Assembly: GCA_951406725.2 (NCBI GenBank)
Contig: OX597839.1
Coordinates: forward strand, 16,058,001-16,122,000
DNA: 64,000 nucleotides
Reading direction: 5' to 3'
DNA from: Octopus vulgaris
Taxonomy: Eukaryota
The position numbers and the translations under genes are program-made. This document shows, in pieces, positions 11,000-21,670 of this stretch. The notes under the pieces are model-generated. The model had not been told where the DNA came from and did no database searches. It saw nothing but the letters and a program-made list of their open reading frames with translations. Position 1 is the first letter of the stretch. Every line of letters starts with the position of its first letter.

Positions 11000-12997
11000 T
11001 TATACAATTTTTTCTATGAGTGTGTTTACTAGGGCGAAAAGGATATAGAAGAGTTCAGAATTACAAATGTTACAAAATTTTTTGCCCTTGTCAAAAGGAA
11101 ATGATATAGACAATATAAACCAATCCAACTTGAAAGTTATATTATTGTCTTTAAGACGCCAAACTAATTTACTCAGTCCTGTACTATGTCGTTTTTTCTT
11201 ATCTCGGAAAGTCGAATAATGATTGGAAATTCTCTTGGATAACTGAGTTGTCACACCTATATAGAAGAAGACATCGGTACCGGAAGAAATTCTACACTGG
11301 TAAATGGAATTCTTAATTTTGGAATTACTGGACAAAAATTTTAATCTATTAGGGTTTTCCTCAGAGATCGAGACGGAGTTTTTATTGTTATGATTGTTGC
11401 TTTTATTACTACTAGCGGTAACAACTACACTATTTCTATTATTATTAATTGTACTACAACCAGCAATATCCCCTACAATAGTACCGTTGTTGTTGTTACC
11501 ATCAACACTACCGCTGTTATTAACCCGACTAATACTATTATTAATACTATCATTGCTAACACTAACGCTGCTACGAATGCTGTTACTATCAATACTATTT
11601 CTATTATTGTGATTGTATGATGGGTTGGAATTGGAAAGATTAGTGCTGGAACTCCCAGGTGAAGAATTTTTATTTAGCAGCTTGTTATTATGGGAAGAAA
11701 TAATTTGCGAAAGATTCCTAGTGTTAGAGAATGCTATTCTTACCTTGTGTGAATTGATAATGAAATGATATCTAGAATTACTGGGAAAGTTCCTAGCAAT
11801 GGCTTCACGGAACTGTAAGGGAAGGTTCGATTTGATTTGTTTTCCGAAAGGTATTACAAACCAGATACAGTTTTTTGTGGACTTTGAATTGTTCCTAGTG
11901 TTATTTGTGACAGTAAGGGGAAAATTTCTGTGTTGGAAATTTGGAGTTGGGTGGCGCTTACCTCCCCTAGTCTGTAAAGGATTTATTTTATGTACAGGGG
12001 TGTTGGCACTATTAGAATTGGAATCATTATTTTTATTACTACTATTATGAGTAATTTTCCTATCTTGAGAAGCATATGTTGGTTTAGAATGAGCTGGGTC
12101 GATGTATGATACTTTTTCCTTATAACCGGCTTTTGACAAGGCGGTGTTATAGAATTCCGCTTTTTGGTTAAAGATGTCGACATTAGCAGATAATTTTGAT
12201 AGTCTCAGAGATATGTTTTTAACTAAATTATCGGTAATTGGCTTGGCATGATTACTGAAAATGCTGATATATTTTAGATTAGTAGAAGGTTTATGATAAG
12301 GGAAGTATGAGTTATTCTGCAGATTGAGGGTAATGTCTAAGAAGTTGGCTTTAGTTAACTCATTGTCAAAAACTATGCTCAAGCCCATTCTACTAAAAAA
12401 CCTAACTAATCTGATCTTAACATTCTGTATTTTTTGGTTCGAAGCATTCTGGAAGTAAAGTAGACAATCGTCGCGATAAAGACCTCCACAGATGTCCGGG
12501 AATTGGTCGGCCATTTCACAGAGGATATAAATTCCGACCAAATCGGCTATCTGGGCGCTGTCTGTACTTCCCATTAGTACATCAAATGCGTTAGGGGTGT
12601 CTTTACGGACCCACAACTTGCTATCGAACTGTATGAAAGATTTTCTAGCTACCAATATCACATCAATTTCATCTCTGGAGAGGCCTGCCTTATTGTGTGC
12701 GTGCCATAGGGCCTTATTAAGTACACTAGTGTTGATTGAAGGGTAGAAACTAGATATATCGAATTGTATAAATTTTGTTTTGGCCTTATCGGTAATAGAA
12801 GTAAACCACTCTACGACTTGAGCAGAGTTGGACCATAAGCTGAGTTTTAACTTATTAATTAATATAGGTATATACTTATCTAATATGTATTTACTAAGGG
12901 TACCGATGTCTGAACTGGAAGGGCATATGAGCCGCAATGCTGGGTTGGTATGAAAGTTCTGTTTGTGGTCCTTTAAGATGAATCTTGGTTGTCTGGG
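11000..12997 (-). CDS. PLE reverse transcriptase + GIY-YIG endonuclease ORF (5'-truncated; frame open upstream of the annotated start)
   Basis: LKDHK...RLICP, FDISSFYPSI, LMGS..SAQIAD, GLYRDDCL RT motifs; SIYQC...YIGVT...KR..NH and C-terminal CNIC..E GIY-YIG motifs; no stop in 645+ codons. Confidence 0.92.
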   Translation of the reverse strand, partial: PRQPRFILKDHKQNFHTNPALRLICPSSSDIGTLSKYILDKYIPILINKLKLSLWSNSAQVVEWFTSITDKAKTKFIQFDISSFYPSINTSVLNKALWHAHNKAGLSRDEIDVILVARKSFIQFDSKLWVRKDTPNAFDVLMGSTDSAQIADLVGIYILCEMADQFPDICGGLYRDDCLLYFQNASNQKIQNVKIRLVRFFSRMGLSIVFDNELTKANFLDITLNLQNNSYFPYHKPSTNLKYISIFSNHAKPITDNLVKNISLRLSKLSANVDIFNQKAEFYNTALSKAGYKEKVSYIDPAHSKPTYASQDRKITHNSSNKNNDSNSNSANTPVHKINPLQTRGGKRHPTPNFQHRNFPLTVTNNTRNNSKSTKNCIWFVIPFGKQIKSNLPLQFREAIARNFPSNSRYHFIINSHKVRIAFSNTRNLSQIISSHNNKLLNKNSSPGSSSTNLSNSNPSYNHNNRNSIDSNSIRSSVSVSNDSINNSISRVNNSGSVDGNNNNGTIVGDIAGCSTINNNRNSVVVTASSNKSNNHNNKNSVSISEENPNRLKFLSSNSKIKNSIYQCRISSGTDVFFYIGVTTQLSKRISNHYSTFRDKKKRHSTGLSKLVWRLKDNNITFKLDWFILSISFPFDKGKKFCNICNSELFYILFALVNTLIEKIV

Positions 12998-13021
12998 GTT
13001 CGTCTTGTGGCAGAAAGAGGC

Positions 13022-13119
13022 TCCTTATCTTTCCTGATGAGAAGATGGCATAATGCACCCTTTATTCCTTCGGAATTAAAAGTATGCCGTCTTCGAAACA
13101 TGTGCCGAGAGTAAAGGAA
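13022..13119 (+). ncRNA. Type I hammerhead ribozyme motif in inverted pLTR (triplet mutated GUC>GCC)
   Basis: ctttc-CTGATGA-gaagatggcata...tatgccgtcttc-GAAA-catgtgcc-gagag; stems I, II and III visible. Confidence 0.78.
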
Positions 13120-13288
13120 TTTTGTTAAAATCTACATTCGACTCCATTCTTTCATTTATTCATATATATATATATATATATATAGGGAAGGAAAAATTGT
13201 AAAAAGGCAGAATGCTAAATTGAAGGAAAATTTTTATGAAAATGGGTGTATGGAAAATTTTGAAAAATTGATAAAATATATATATATT

Positions 13289-13330
13289 AATTCAAACCAG
13301 TTTTCGTCATAATGTGACTTTTCAAGAATT
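13289..13330 (-). ncRNA. Minimal type I hammerhead, U3-A8 core variant (inverted copy)
   Basis: aattc-TTGAAAA-gtca catta tgac-GAAA-actggtt-t-gaatt; stems I (5 bp), II (4 bp) and III intact. Confidence 0.68.
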
Positions 13331-13915
13331 GTAAAGAAAAAATTTTTTTTTAAATGTGAGGAGGGGAAAAAAAGAAAATTACATTGTTTTTTGCAAAAAA
13401 ATAATAATAATTATATACAAAAATTAAAAAATAGGTACTCCGATACATTGTAAAGACTTTGTGTATCTTGAGCTTAATGATAGTTCACCAAAAAATTACC
13501 TTGAAGTATTGAGATCCAATGGGATTAAATCCATGTGTTGTTTAATTTAATTAAGGGTGTCTCTTAAGTGAATGGCAAAACAGGAAGTAGTAGTCCAGTT
13601 CCTGTGTTGTGAATAAGGGGAGACAACTCTATGGGTTTTAAGCTCTTCAATTTGTGTTTATCAATTTTTTGTAATAAAGGGTGTTCATAAACCTTAAATT
13701 ATAAAATTATCCTTTTAGCTTCATTTGCATTATCTTTTTTTTATATAATTGTTTGCTAACTTAACATTCAGATTTTAACACTTTATTTATATTGTTTTCT
13801 AATTATATAAATTACACTGAAAACCACCCAACCCAACAACACACACAACCCCAAAAATATCGAAGCATACACCACAATCATACAAAACCTCACTCTACTG
13901 TCAACAGACCCAAAA

Positions 13916-14440
13916 ATGAAAAACATTATAAATACACACAAAATCCTCAAATGTAAAAGGCAACACAAATCTTTAAAAAAACTCTTGACAAATGCCAAAC
14001 TTCACATACCACATCCACCCCCAGCGGTTAAAAAATGTGCACGCCCAAACTGTGGCACCTGCCCCTTCCTACTTGAAGGCTCTGAATTTATCTTCAAACA
14101 AGGAATGAAGTTTAAAATCAAGACCAACTTCTCCTGTTCCTCCGAGAACCTTATCTACGTTCTCACGTGCGCCGGTTGCCAACATAATTATGTTGGACAA
14201 ACGAGTCTCCCGTTACGTAAAAGAGTAGCGGTGCATAAAGAACAAATAAATCTCCCGGAATACCGGCAAATCCCACTGAGTGACAACATAGACACATGCA
14301 CTAAAGACAAAAATCCCAAATTCTACATATTCCCTTTCTACCAATGTAAAGACGGAATCACCACACATGAGAGAATTAACAAGGAGAATCTCTTTATTGA
14401 AAAATTCAAAACGCATCTTAATATGCAAATTCCTCGTTGA
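13916..14440 (+). CDS. PLE C-terminal linker + GIY-YIG endonuclease fragment
   Basis: KRQ..LKKLL, Cx4CxxC linker (CARPNCGTC), NLIYVLTCAGC..YVGQT..LRKR..H, R..KE..FI; upstream in-frame THNPKN. Confidence 0.9.
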   Translation: MKNIINTHKILKCKRQHKSLKKLLTNAKLHIPHPPPAVKKCARPNCGTCPFLLEGSEFIFKQGMKFKIKTNFSCSSENLIYVLTCAGCQHNYVGQTSLPLRKRVAVHKEQINLPEYRQIPLSDNIDTCTKDKNPKFYIFPFYQCKDGITTHERINKENLFIEKFKTHLNMQIPR

Positions 14441-15103
14441 TCATACTTCTTTTTTCTACCTCATTCTTCATGGATGTACTAACACAAACATATAAGGATA
14501 CCATGCAGTCATCACTTCACGCTAAAACTTATATTCTTTAAATATCATTATTAATATTGTTGTTATTACTATTATTTTTATTATATATGACATAACAATC
14601 TGAAATGTAATTATAAATTGGTTTATACAAATTTATATAATTAGAAAACAATAAATATAAAGTGTTAAAATCTGAATGTTGTTAGCAAACAATTATATAA
14701 AAAAAGATAATGCAAATGAAGCTAAAAGGATAATTTTATAATTTAAGGTTTATTAACACCCTTTATTATAAAAAATTGATAAACACAAATTGAAGAGGTT
14801 AAAACCCATAGAGTTGTCTCCCCTTATTCACAACACAGGAACTGGACTTCTACTTCCTGTTTTGCCATTCACTTAAGAGACACCCTTAATTAAATTAAAC
14901 AACACGTGGATTTAATCCCATTGGATCTCAATACTTCAAGGTAATTTTTTGGTGAACTATCATTAAACTCAAGATACACAAAGACTTTACAATGTATCGG
15001 AGTACCTATTTAAAAATTTTTGTATATATTATTTTTTTGCAAAAAACAATATAATTTTCTTTTTTCCCCCTCCTCACATTTAAAAAAAAAATTTTTTCTT
15101 TAC

Positions 15104-15145
15104 AATTCTTGAAAAGTCACATTATGATGAAAACCAGTTTGAATT
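15104..15145 (+). ncRNA. Minimal type I hammerhead, U3-A8 core variant
   Basis: aattc-TTGAAAA-gtca catta tgat-GAAA-accagtt-t-gaatt. Confidence 0.62.
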
Positions 15146-15273
15146 AATATATATATATTTTATCAATTTTTTAAAATTTTCCATACACCCGTCTTCATTA
15201 AAATTTTCCTTCAATTTAGCATTCTGCCATTTTACAATTTTTCCTTCCCTATCATTTCACCACGTGCGGTCAA

Positions 15274-16857
15274 CATTGTTTTTGTCAGAAAAGTAGGTAT
15301 AAGTTTTTATTAAAGTTGTTTTATATTCTATAATTTTCACAGACAATAAATACAATATTAATTGGTATTGTCTGAGATTTTGGTGCAATTTGAGTGGGTA
15401 ATACAAAAGTTATGGATGATATAGCGATTTACTGCAAAGCCCATTGCGGCCAAAATGATCAGAACGATTGAAAAAATAACAAAATAATCAAAAATGACAG
15501 AGAATGCTGGAATTATTTCATATTTAGTGTGAACCCCTTTAGCTTCAATCAAACTTTGACATCTTCAACTGCATGAGGAAATTAAATTTCTTGCTGGGTG
15601 ATCTTATTCCATTCTTCCTGAAGGGCATTCCATAATTGCTTGGTTGTTTTAGGATTTCTGGCTTTCGAACGTTCTCCTAGAATATTCCACACATTTTCAA
15701 TAGGATTGAGATCTGGGCTTTGAGCAGGCCAATCCATAACAATAACCTTTTCAGCCTTGAGGAAGTTCATGACCACCTTAGCCTTGTGACATGGGGCATT
15801 GTCCTGCATGAATATGGGCGGTCGCTTAGTTGAATTTTTCAGCATAGGGAAGACATGATCTTTTACAAGTTATTTATAAACTCCTGCATTTACCTTTCCG
15901 TGTAATCACACCAAAGGGCCCACACCATCTCCAGATATCATCCCCCAAACCATGATACTTCTTCCACCGAATTTAACACTAGTCTTAAGGCATTTTAGGT
16001 GACAATTTTTCACCTACTTTTCGACGAATAGCAGACATATTTGAGCCAAATAACATAGACTTAGATTCATCACTGAAATGCCATTTTTCTTGAGACTGCA
16101 ACACATGTTCGGGTGCAAAAGTTAAAACGACACTTTTTATTCTTGAAGCTGATCAGTGGCTTCACTGCAGGTGCTCTTGCTTGTAGGTCATGTTCAACTA
16201 AACGACGAGACAGTTTTTCGAGATAAAGTTTTCTTCAGTACAATGCTCATTTCCCGAGAAACAGCAGCAGCAGTTTTAAATCTATCCTTTTTAACCAACT
16301 TTACCATAGCACAATCTTCTCTCTTGGTCGTTTTTCTTGGCCTACCTGTAGACTTTCTTGCTTCACACGAACCACAATCATCGTAGACCTTAAGAATACC
16401 ATGAATAACACTTTTTGACTTGTTAACAATCTTTGCAATAGACCCAATACTTAAATTATCCTTCTTTCGAAGCTTAATAATCTGCTGACGAATTGGTAAC
16501 GGAGTAAGTGGCATTATATTAACAAAGTACACTGCAGATATGCTTACGGCGTGTTTCGTAAATGAACCGTCACATAAACAAATTCAAAACATTAGAGTTC
16601 GCTGGTTAAATATACTAAAACATAGAGTAGAAGCAACCGTTCTGATCATTTTGGCTGCCATGGGTTTTGCAGTAAATCGATAAATCATCCATAGCTTTTG
16701 TATTATCCTCTCAAATTATACCAAAATCTCAGACAATAACAAATAATATCGTATTTATTGTCTGTGAAAATTATAGAATATAAAACAACTTTGATAAAAA
16801 CTTATACCTACTTTTCTGACGAAAACAATGCCATTCTGAACATTTTGGCCACAACTG
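15274..16857 (-). mobile_element. Tc1-family DNA transposon with ~220-bp IR/DR terminal repeats
   Basis: TIRs at 15274-15466 and 16638-16857; right end CAGTTGTGGCC followed by TA; outer part of left TIR missing. Confidence 0.9.
15582..16532 (-). pseudogene. Tc1 transposase pseudogene (DD34E), frameshifted
   Basis: HTH/GRPRK, FSDESK, MVWG, FMQDNAPCH, SPDLNPIENVW spread over broken frames; 34 aa between D and E. Confidence 0.92.
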
Positions 16858-16903
16858 TATATATATATATGTGTATATGTATATATATATATATATGTGT
16901 GTG

Positions 16904-16936
<33 letters not shown>

Positions 16937-17664
16937 ATATATATATGTGTGTGTATATATATATATATATGTATGTATATATATATATATATGTGTGTGT
17001 ATGCATATATATATATATGTGTGTGTGTGTATGCATATATATATATATATCATATATATATACATATATATATACACACATATATATATATATACGACAG
17101 GCTTCTTTCAGTTTCCATCTATCAAATCCACTCACAAGGCTTTGGTCGGCCTGAGGCTATAGTAGAAGACACTTGCCCAAGGTGCCACACAATGTGACCA
17201 ATCCCAGAACCATGTGGTTGGTAAGCAAGCTACTTACCACACAGCCGTTCCTGTGCCTATTTAATTATAAAAATATAATAGGATTTTTTAAACATTGAAT
17301 GGCTATTAGGGTCCACCTGAATAAAATAGGAATCAATGGTTTAGAACCACTAATCTATCTATTCACTGGAGCAACTTTATGTCTTTGGTTATTCATCTAT
17401 TTCTTCCGTTTCTTCATCCTTTTTCTTTCTCTCTTTCACACACAAGCAGGATTTCTCCCCTGTTTTCAGGAATTATCTTACCAAAATTGAATTCTCAACA
17501 ATTGGTTTTGCGACACTAAATCACATTTGTGTTGGCAATCAGTGAGACTTTCAAGTAGATCCTTCAAGACAACAGCTGTGGTGTGGTAATATTCTCAACG
17601 GAATTAAAAGATTTGGAGCCAAGAGTGTTGAAGTGGATAGAAAGAGGGGAGAGAGATAGGAAGA

Positions 17665-17704
<40 letters not shown>

Positions 17705-18029
17705 TGAGAAGGAGAGAGATACACAGACATGTATCAAGAGTAGAGAGAAAGAACAGAGAGAAAAGTGGCAATTCAAGACAAACATACACACGCACATTAT
17801 ATATATACAGACACACATACATATATAAGATGCATGCATGCATGTATGTATCTGTCTATCTATCTCCTTATCTCTCTATGTGTGTGTGTGGTGGTGGGAG
17901 GGAAGAGAAGGATAAATCACTAAAATAAAGTAAGAGATCAGTTGGCATCATCTCATGATATAGAATGATTTAAATACGTTACACACAAAAACACACACAA
18001 ATATATATGTGGAGAGAAAGAGAGACATA

Positions 18030-18174
18030 CACACACATATATATATATATATACACAAACACACACACTCATACATACATATATATATACTATGTACGCG
18101 CACACAGACATATATATACACACACACACTCATATATATATATATACTATGTATGCGCACACAGACATATATAT

Positions 18175-18205
<31 letters not shown>

Positions 18206-18411
18206 CTATGTATGCGCACACAGACATATAAATACACATACACACACACTTATATATATATACTATGTATGCGCACACAGACATATATATACACACACAC
18301 ACTCATATATATATATATACTATGTATGCGCACACAGACATATATATACACACACACACACATATATATATATATACTATGTACGCGCACACAGACATAT
18401 ATATATATATA
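18030..18411. repeat. ~55-60-bp minisatellite built from TA/CA microsatellites
   Basis: Repeated anchor tactatgtatgcgcacacagacat (6 copies). Confidence 0.9.
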
Positions 18412-19025
18412 TTGTTTGTGTGTAAAAGTAAAGTGACATGCAAAGACTCCCAGTAAGAGTGGAAATTATGGAAAGGGAGCAGTAAGAACAGCATGGCAAT
18501 AAGAGGCATAATATCTTGACTTGAAAGCAAGAAAATAAACACACATACAACACACACATGCATGCACTAACGCAAACAAATGCACAAATACTTACACACA
18601 CTCCATAAATCATTCTTCATCAAAAGCTGTAGTTCTGGTTCCTCTTGTTTTATAACTGGAGAGAGAAGACTTAGATCTTTGCAGTTGTTGCTTCTCTTGC
18701 AGATGTTGTAGTTGCTATTGCTGCTGTTGTTGTTGTTATTGCTGCCGTTGCTGTTGTTTTTGGCCATTCGTTATTCTCAAGTGGGTCAAAAATCAACTTT
18801 GTCTTGGCAGCAAAAATTTGATTTATTTATTTGAATACACAACAATTATTATTATTATTATTATTTTCTTCTTATGTGTTGTTGAAAAGTTTTACTTTGT
18901 AACGCTGTGGTTTCAGGTTCAATCTCACTGTGTGGCAATAGTAACTTGGGCCAAGTGCCTTCTGTCTTGTACTTGGGTTGATCAGAAAACTAACAATGGA
19001 ATTTAGTTGGCAGAAACTGGAGAGA

Positions 19026-19445
19026 AAGGCGGCGAGCTGGCAGAAACGTTAGCACACCGGACGAAATGCTTAGCGGTATTTCGTCTGCATTATGTTCTGA
19101 GTTCAAATTCCGCCGAGGTTGACTTTGCCTTTCATCCTTTCGGGGTCAATAAATTAAGTACCAGTTATGCACTGAGGTCGATATAATTGACTTAATCCAT
19201 TTGTCTGTCCTTGAGTGTCCTCTCTGTGTTTAGCCCCTTGTGGGCAATATAGAAATAGGTATTTCGTCTGCGTTACGTTCTGAGTTCAAATTCCGCCGAG
19301 GTCAACTTTGCCTTTCATCCTTTCAGTGTTGATAAATTAAGTACCAGTTATGCACTGGGGTTGATGTAATCGACTTAATCCCTTTGTCTGTCCTTGTTTG
19401 TCAACCCCTATGTTCAGCCCCTTGAGGGCAATAAAGAAATAAGAA
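19026..19445 (+). mobile_element. SINE family B (many copies, e.g. 1-937, 20570-21205, 31600-31820, 43865-44020, 46570-46785, 52180-52400)
   Basis: ggcggcgagctggcagaa head, gagttcaaattcc B box, gcctttcatcctttcggggtcgat core. Confidence 0.85.
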
Positions 19446-20204
19446 ACTGGAGAGATGCTTATCGTGTATGTGTGTGTGTTCTAGTTTTACTTGTTTCAGG
19501 CATTGGACTGCAGCCATGCTGGTGCATCACCTGGAAGGGCTTAGTTCAATGGATCTCAACCAGGTCCATATGGCCCTTTGATAGGGGTGGGGGTTCATAT
19601 GGCCTTTGGATGAGGGGATAAACAAGGACAGACAAAGGGATTAAGTTGATTACATCGACCCCAGTGCGTAACTGGTATTTAATTGACCCTGAAAGGATGA
19701 AAGACAAAGTTGACCTCAGTAGAATTTGAACTTAGAACATAACAGCAAATGAAATACCGTTACGCATTTCACTCGGCGTGCTAACAATTCTGCCAGAATT
19801 GGACATTTGTCCAAGGTGCTGTGCAGTGTGACTGAACCCAAAACCATATCATTGCAAAATGAGCTTCTTAACCACACAGCTACACCTGTGTATGATGCCA
19901 AAAGATACACATCTTGGGGTAACACTGTATGGAACAAATGTGGTATTTGCACCTGCTATTTCTAGCAAGTCAAGCAACTGCTAGAAATGGCCCCTCCTAT
20001 TATTATTGTTGTTATCAGCTTATCGGTGTCCATGTCATTGTTGCCATCACCATCAATGACATCATCACTGACACTGCCACCTTACCATCACCTCCATAGT
20101 ATATTTCTCTTCCTCTTTGTTATCATCACCACTACCGCCGTCCTACAACAAAACCCCCATCCCCCACAACCAAAACAATCACCATCACATTGTCATTATC
20201 ATCA

Positions 20205-20412
20205 TCATCACTTCCCACAACCAGCAGTCCTCTTCCTCCTCCTCCCTTCCCACTACCAGCACTCCTCTTCCTCTTCATCATCACTTCCCACTACCAGCAC
20301 TCGTCTTCCTCCTCCTCCTCCCCATCACTTCCCACCACCAGCACTCCTCTTCCTCTTCATCATCACTTCCCACTACCAGCACTCCTCTTCATCACCACCA
20401 CCACCACCACCA
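20205..20412. repeat. ~39-bp C-rich tandem repeat
   Basis: catcacttcccactaccagcactcctcttcctc x5. Confidence 0.85.
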
Positions 20413-20789
20413 CTCTAAGTATATATTTGACAAATATATTTTTCTTATCTTTCTCTGTTGCAGGATTGAAACCTTCACCTCTCAGACACTACATGTTGAT
20501 TACTGACACTTAATCCCGCCCATCTATGTCAAGTACCCACAACAACAACAACCATTCTTTCTATTATAGGCACAAGGCCTGAAATTTTGGGAGAGCGGGA
20601 CTGTTGATTATAATAACTCCAGTACTTGACTGGTGCTTAATTTTATCAACCCAGAAAGAATGGAAGGCCAAGTCAATCTCGGCAGAATTTAAACTCTGAA
20701 TGTAATATCTGAAGAAATGCTGTGAAGCAGTTTGCCACCTTAACAACAGTAATAACAACAACAATAATTACAATAATAATAATAATAAT

Positions 20790-21220
20790 AAATCTTGAAC
20801 AAAAATCTTGAGAAGTACATGGAACAAATAGGGGCTGCAATAAGAGTGGAGGACAACGACTCAAATACTGTGGATGGTGCTTGAAAAATAAGGGGTGTGA
20901 CTTTTAGTTCACTGGTAGTGAACAGCTGGCACTGTAGTACATATCCAGCATTGGAAGCTGTGCAAAGACAATAAATAATAATAATAATCCTTTATGTTGT
21001 CAGTATAAGGCCTGAAATTTGAAGGGAGGAGGCAAGTCAATTACATCGATTCCAGTACGTAACTGGTACTTGTTTAATCGACCCCAAAAGGATGAAAAGC
21101 AAAGTTGACCTCAGTGGCATTTGAACTTAGAATATAAAGACAGATGAAATACTGTTAAGCATTTCACTCGGCATGCTAATGATTTTGCTAGTTCACTGCC
21201 TTAACAACAATAACAACAAC

Positions 21221-21256
<36 letters not shown>

Positions 21257-21670
21257 CCTACGCAAAATACTTCCTATGTAATCTCAAGTTTTAAAACAAA
21301 CATAATTTTCTTATGGTTTCTTAAACATTCACTAGTACAACACTAAGTACAAAACCAAATATATGGCACCCTAGGCATAACACCAACATGAACTTCCAAC
21401 TTGTTGTCTCTTGAGGTCTCTGGGTGAGACTTGGAGCCAACTTGTACAAATGTAAAGCAAAAGTCAAATAGAGAATAATAATAATAGTGGCTGAAAATGA
21501 TTGGTACAAATGTACAGACAGAACACCTACAAAAACCATCATTCCTTGGAACTGCAAGAGTTCTCTGCAGGTTTCTTGAAGCAGGATCAGTAAACAAATG
21601 TCACCTTAGTCTGTGGACACATTACATCATACCCAGCAAAATAAGCTGAGAGTTTTCATCAAATACTAAT
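20790..21670 (+). mobile_element. Cluster of RLE-type (R4/Dong-like) LINE 3' fragments at (TAA)n tracts
   Basis: Terminal peptides LRKIL..* and LQK..LGTARVL; fragments start or end in (AAT)n. Confidence 0.5.

Larger units (their letters stand above)
10165..13166 (-). mobile_element. Penelope-like retroelement, 5'-truncated, with 3' pLTR and inverted 5' pLTR
   Basis: RT+GIY-YIG ORF; ~170-bp inverted repeat at 10304-10472 and 12998-13166 containing a hammerhead; (TA)n at both ends. Confidence 0.9.
13182..15273 (+). mobile_element. Second Penelope-like element (Neptune/Naiad-type GIY-YIG), 5'-truncated, with ~630-bp inverted pLTR
   Basis: Inverted repeat 13182-13813 vs 14630-15252 around a GIY-YIG ORF; short unpaired 3' tail. 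Confidence 0.88.

Noticed and set aside
18030-18411. Regular repeat with variable spacers resembling a CRISPR array
   Set aside because: Eukaryotic context; spacers are just variable TA/CA runs; no cas genes
16755-18456. Many overlapping YI/HT/CV-rich ORFs (also 28200-29270 and 30900-31380)
   Set aside because: Translations of TA/CA microsatellites and minisatellites
19987-20513. His/Pro/Ser-rich ORFs in three frames
   Set aside because: Produced by the 39-bp C-rich tandem repeat; no coding evidence
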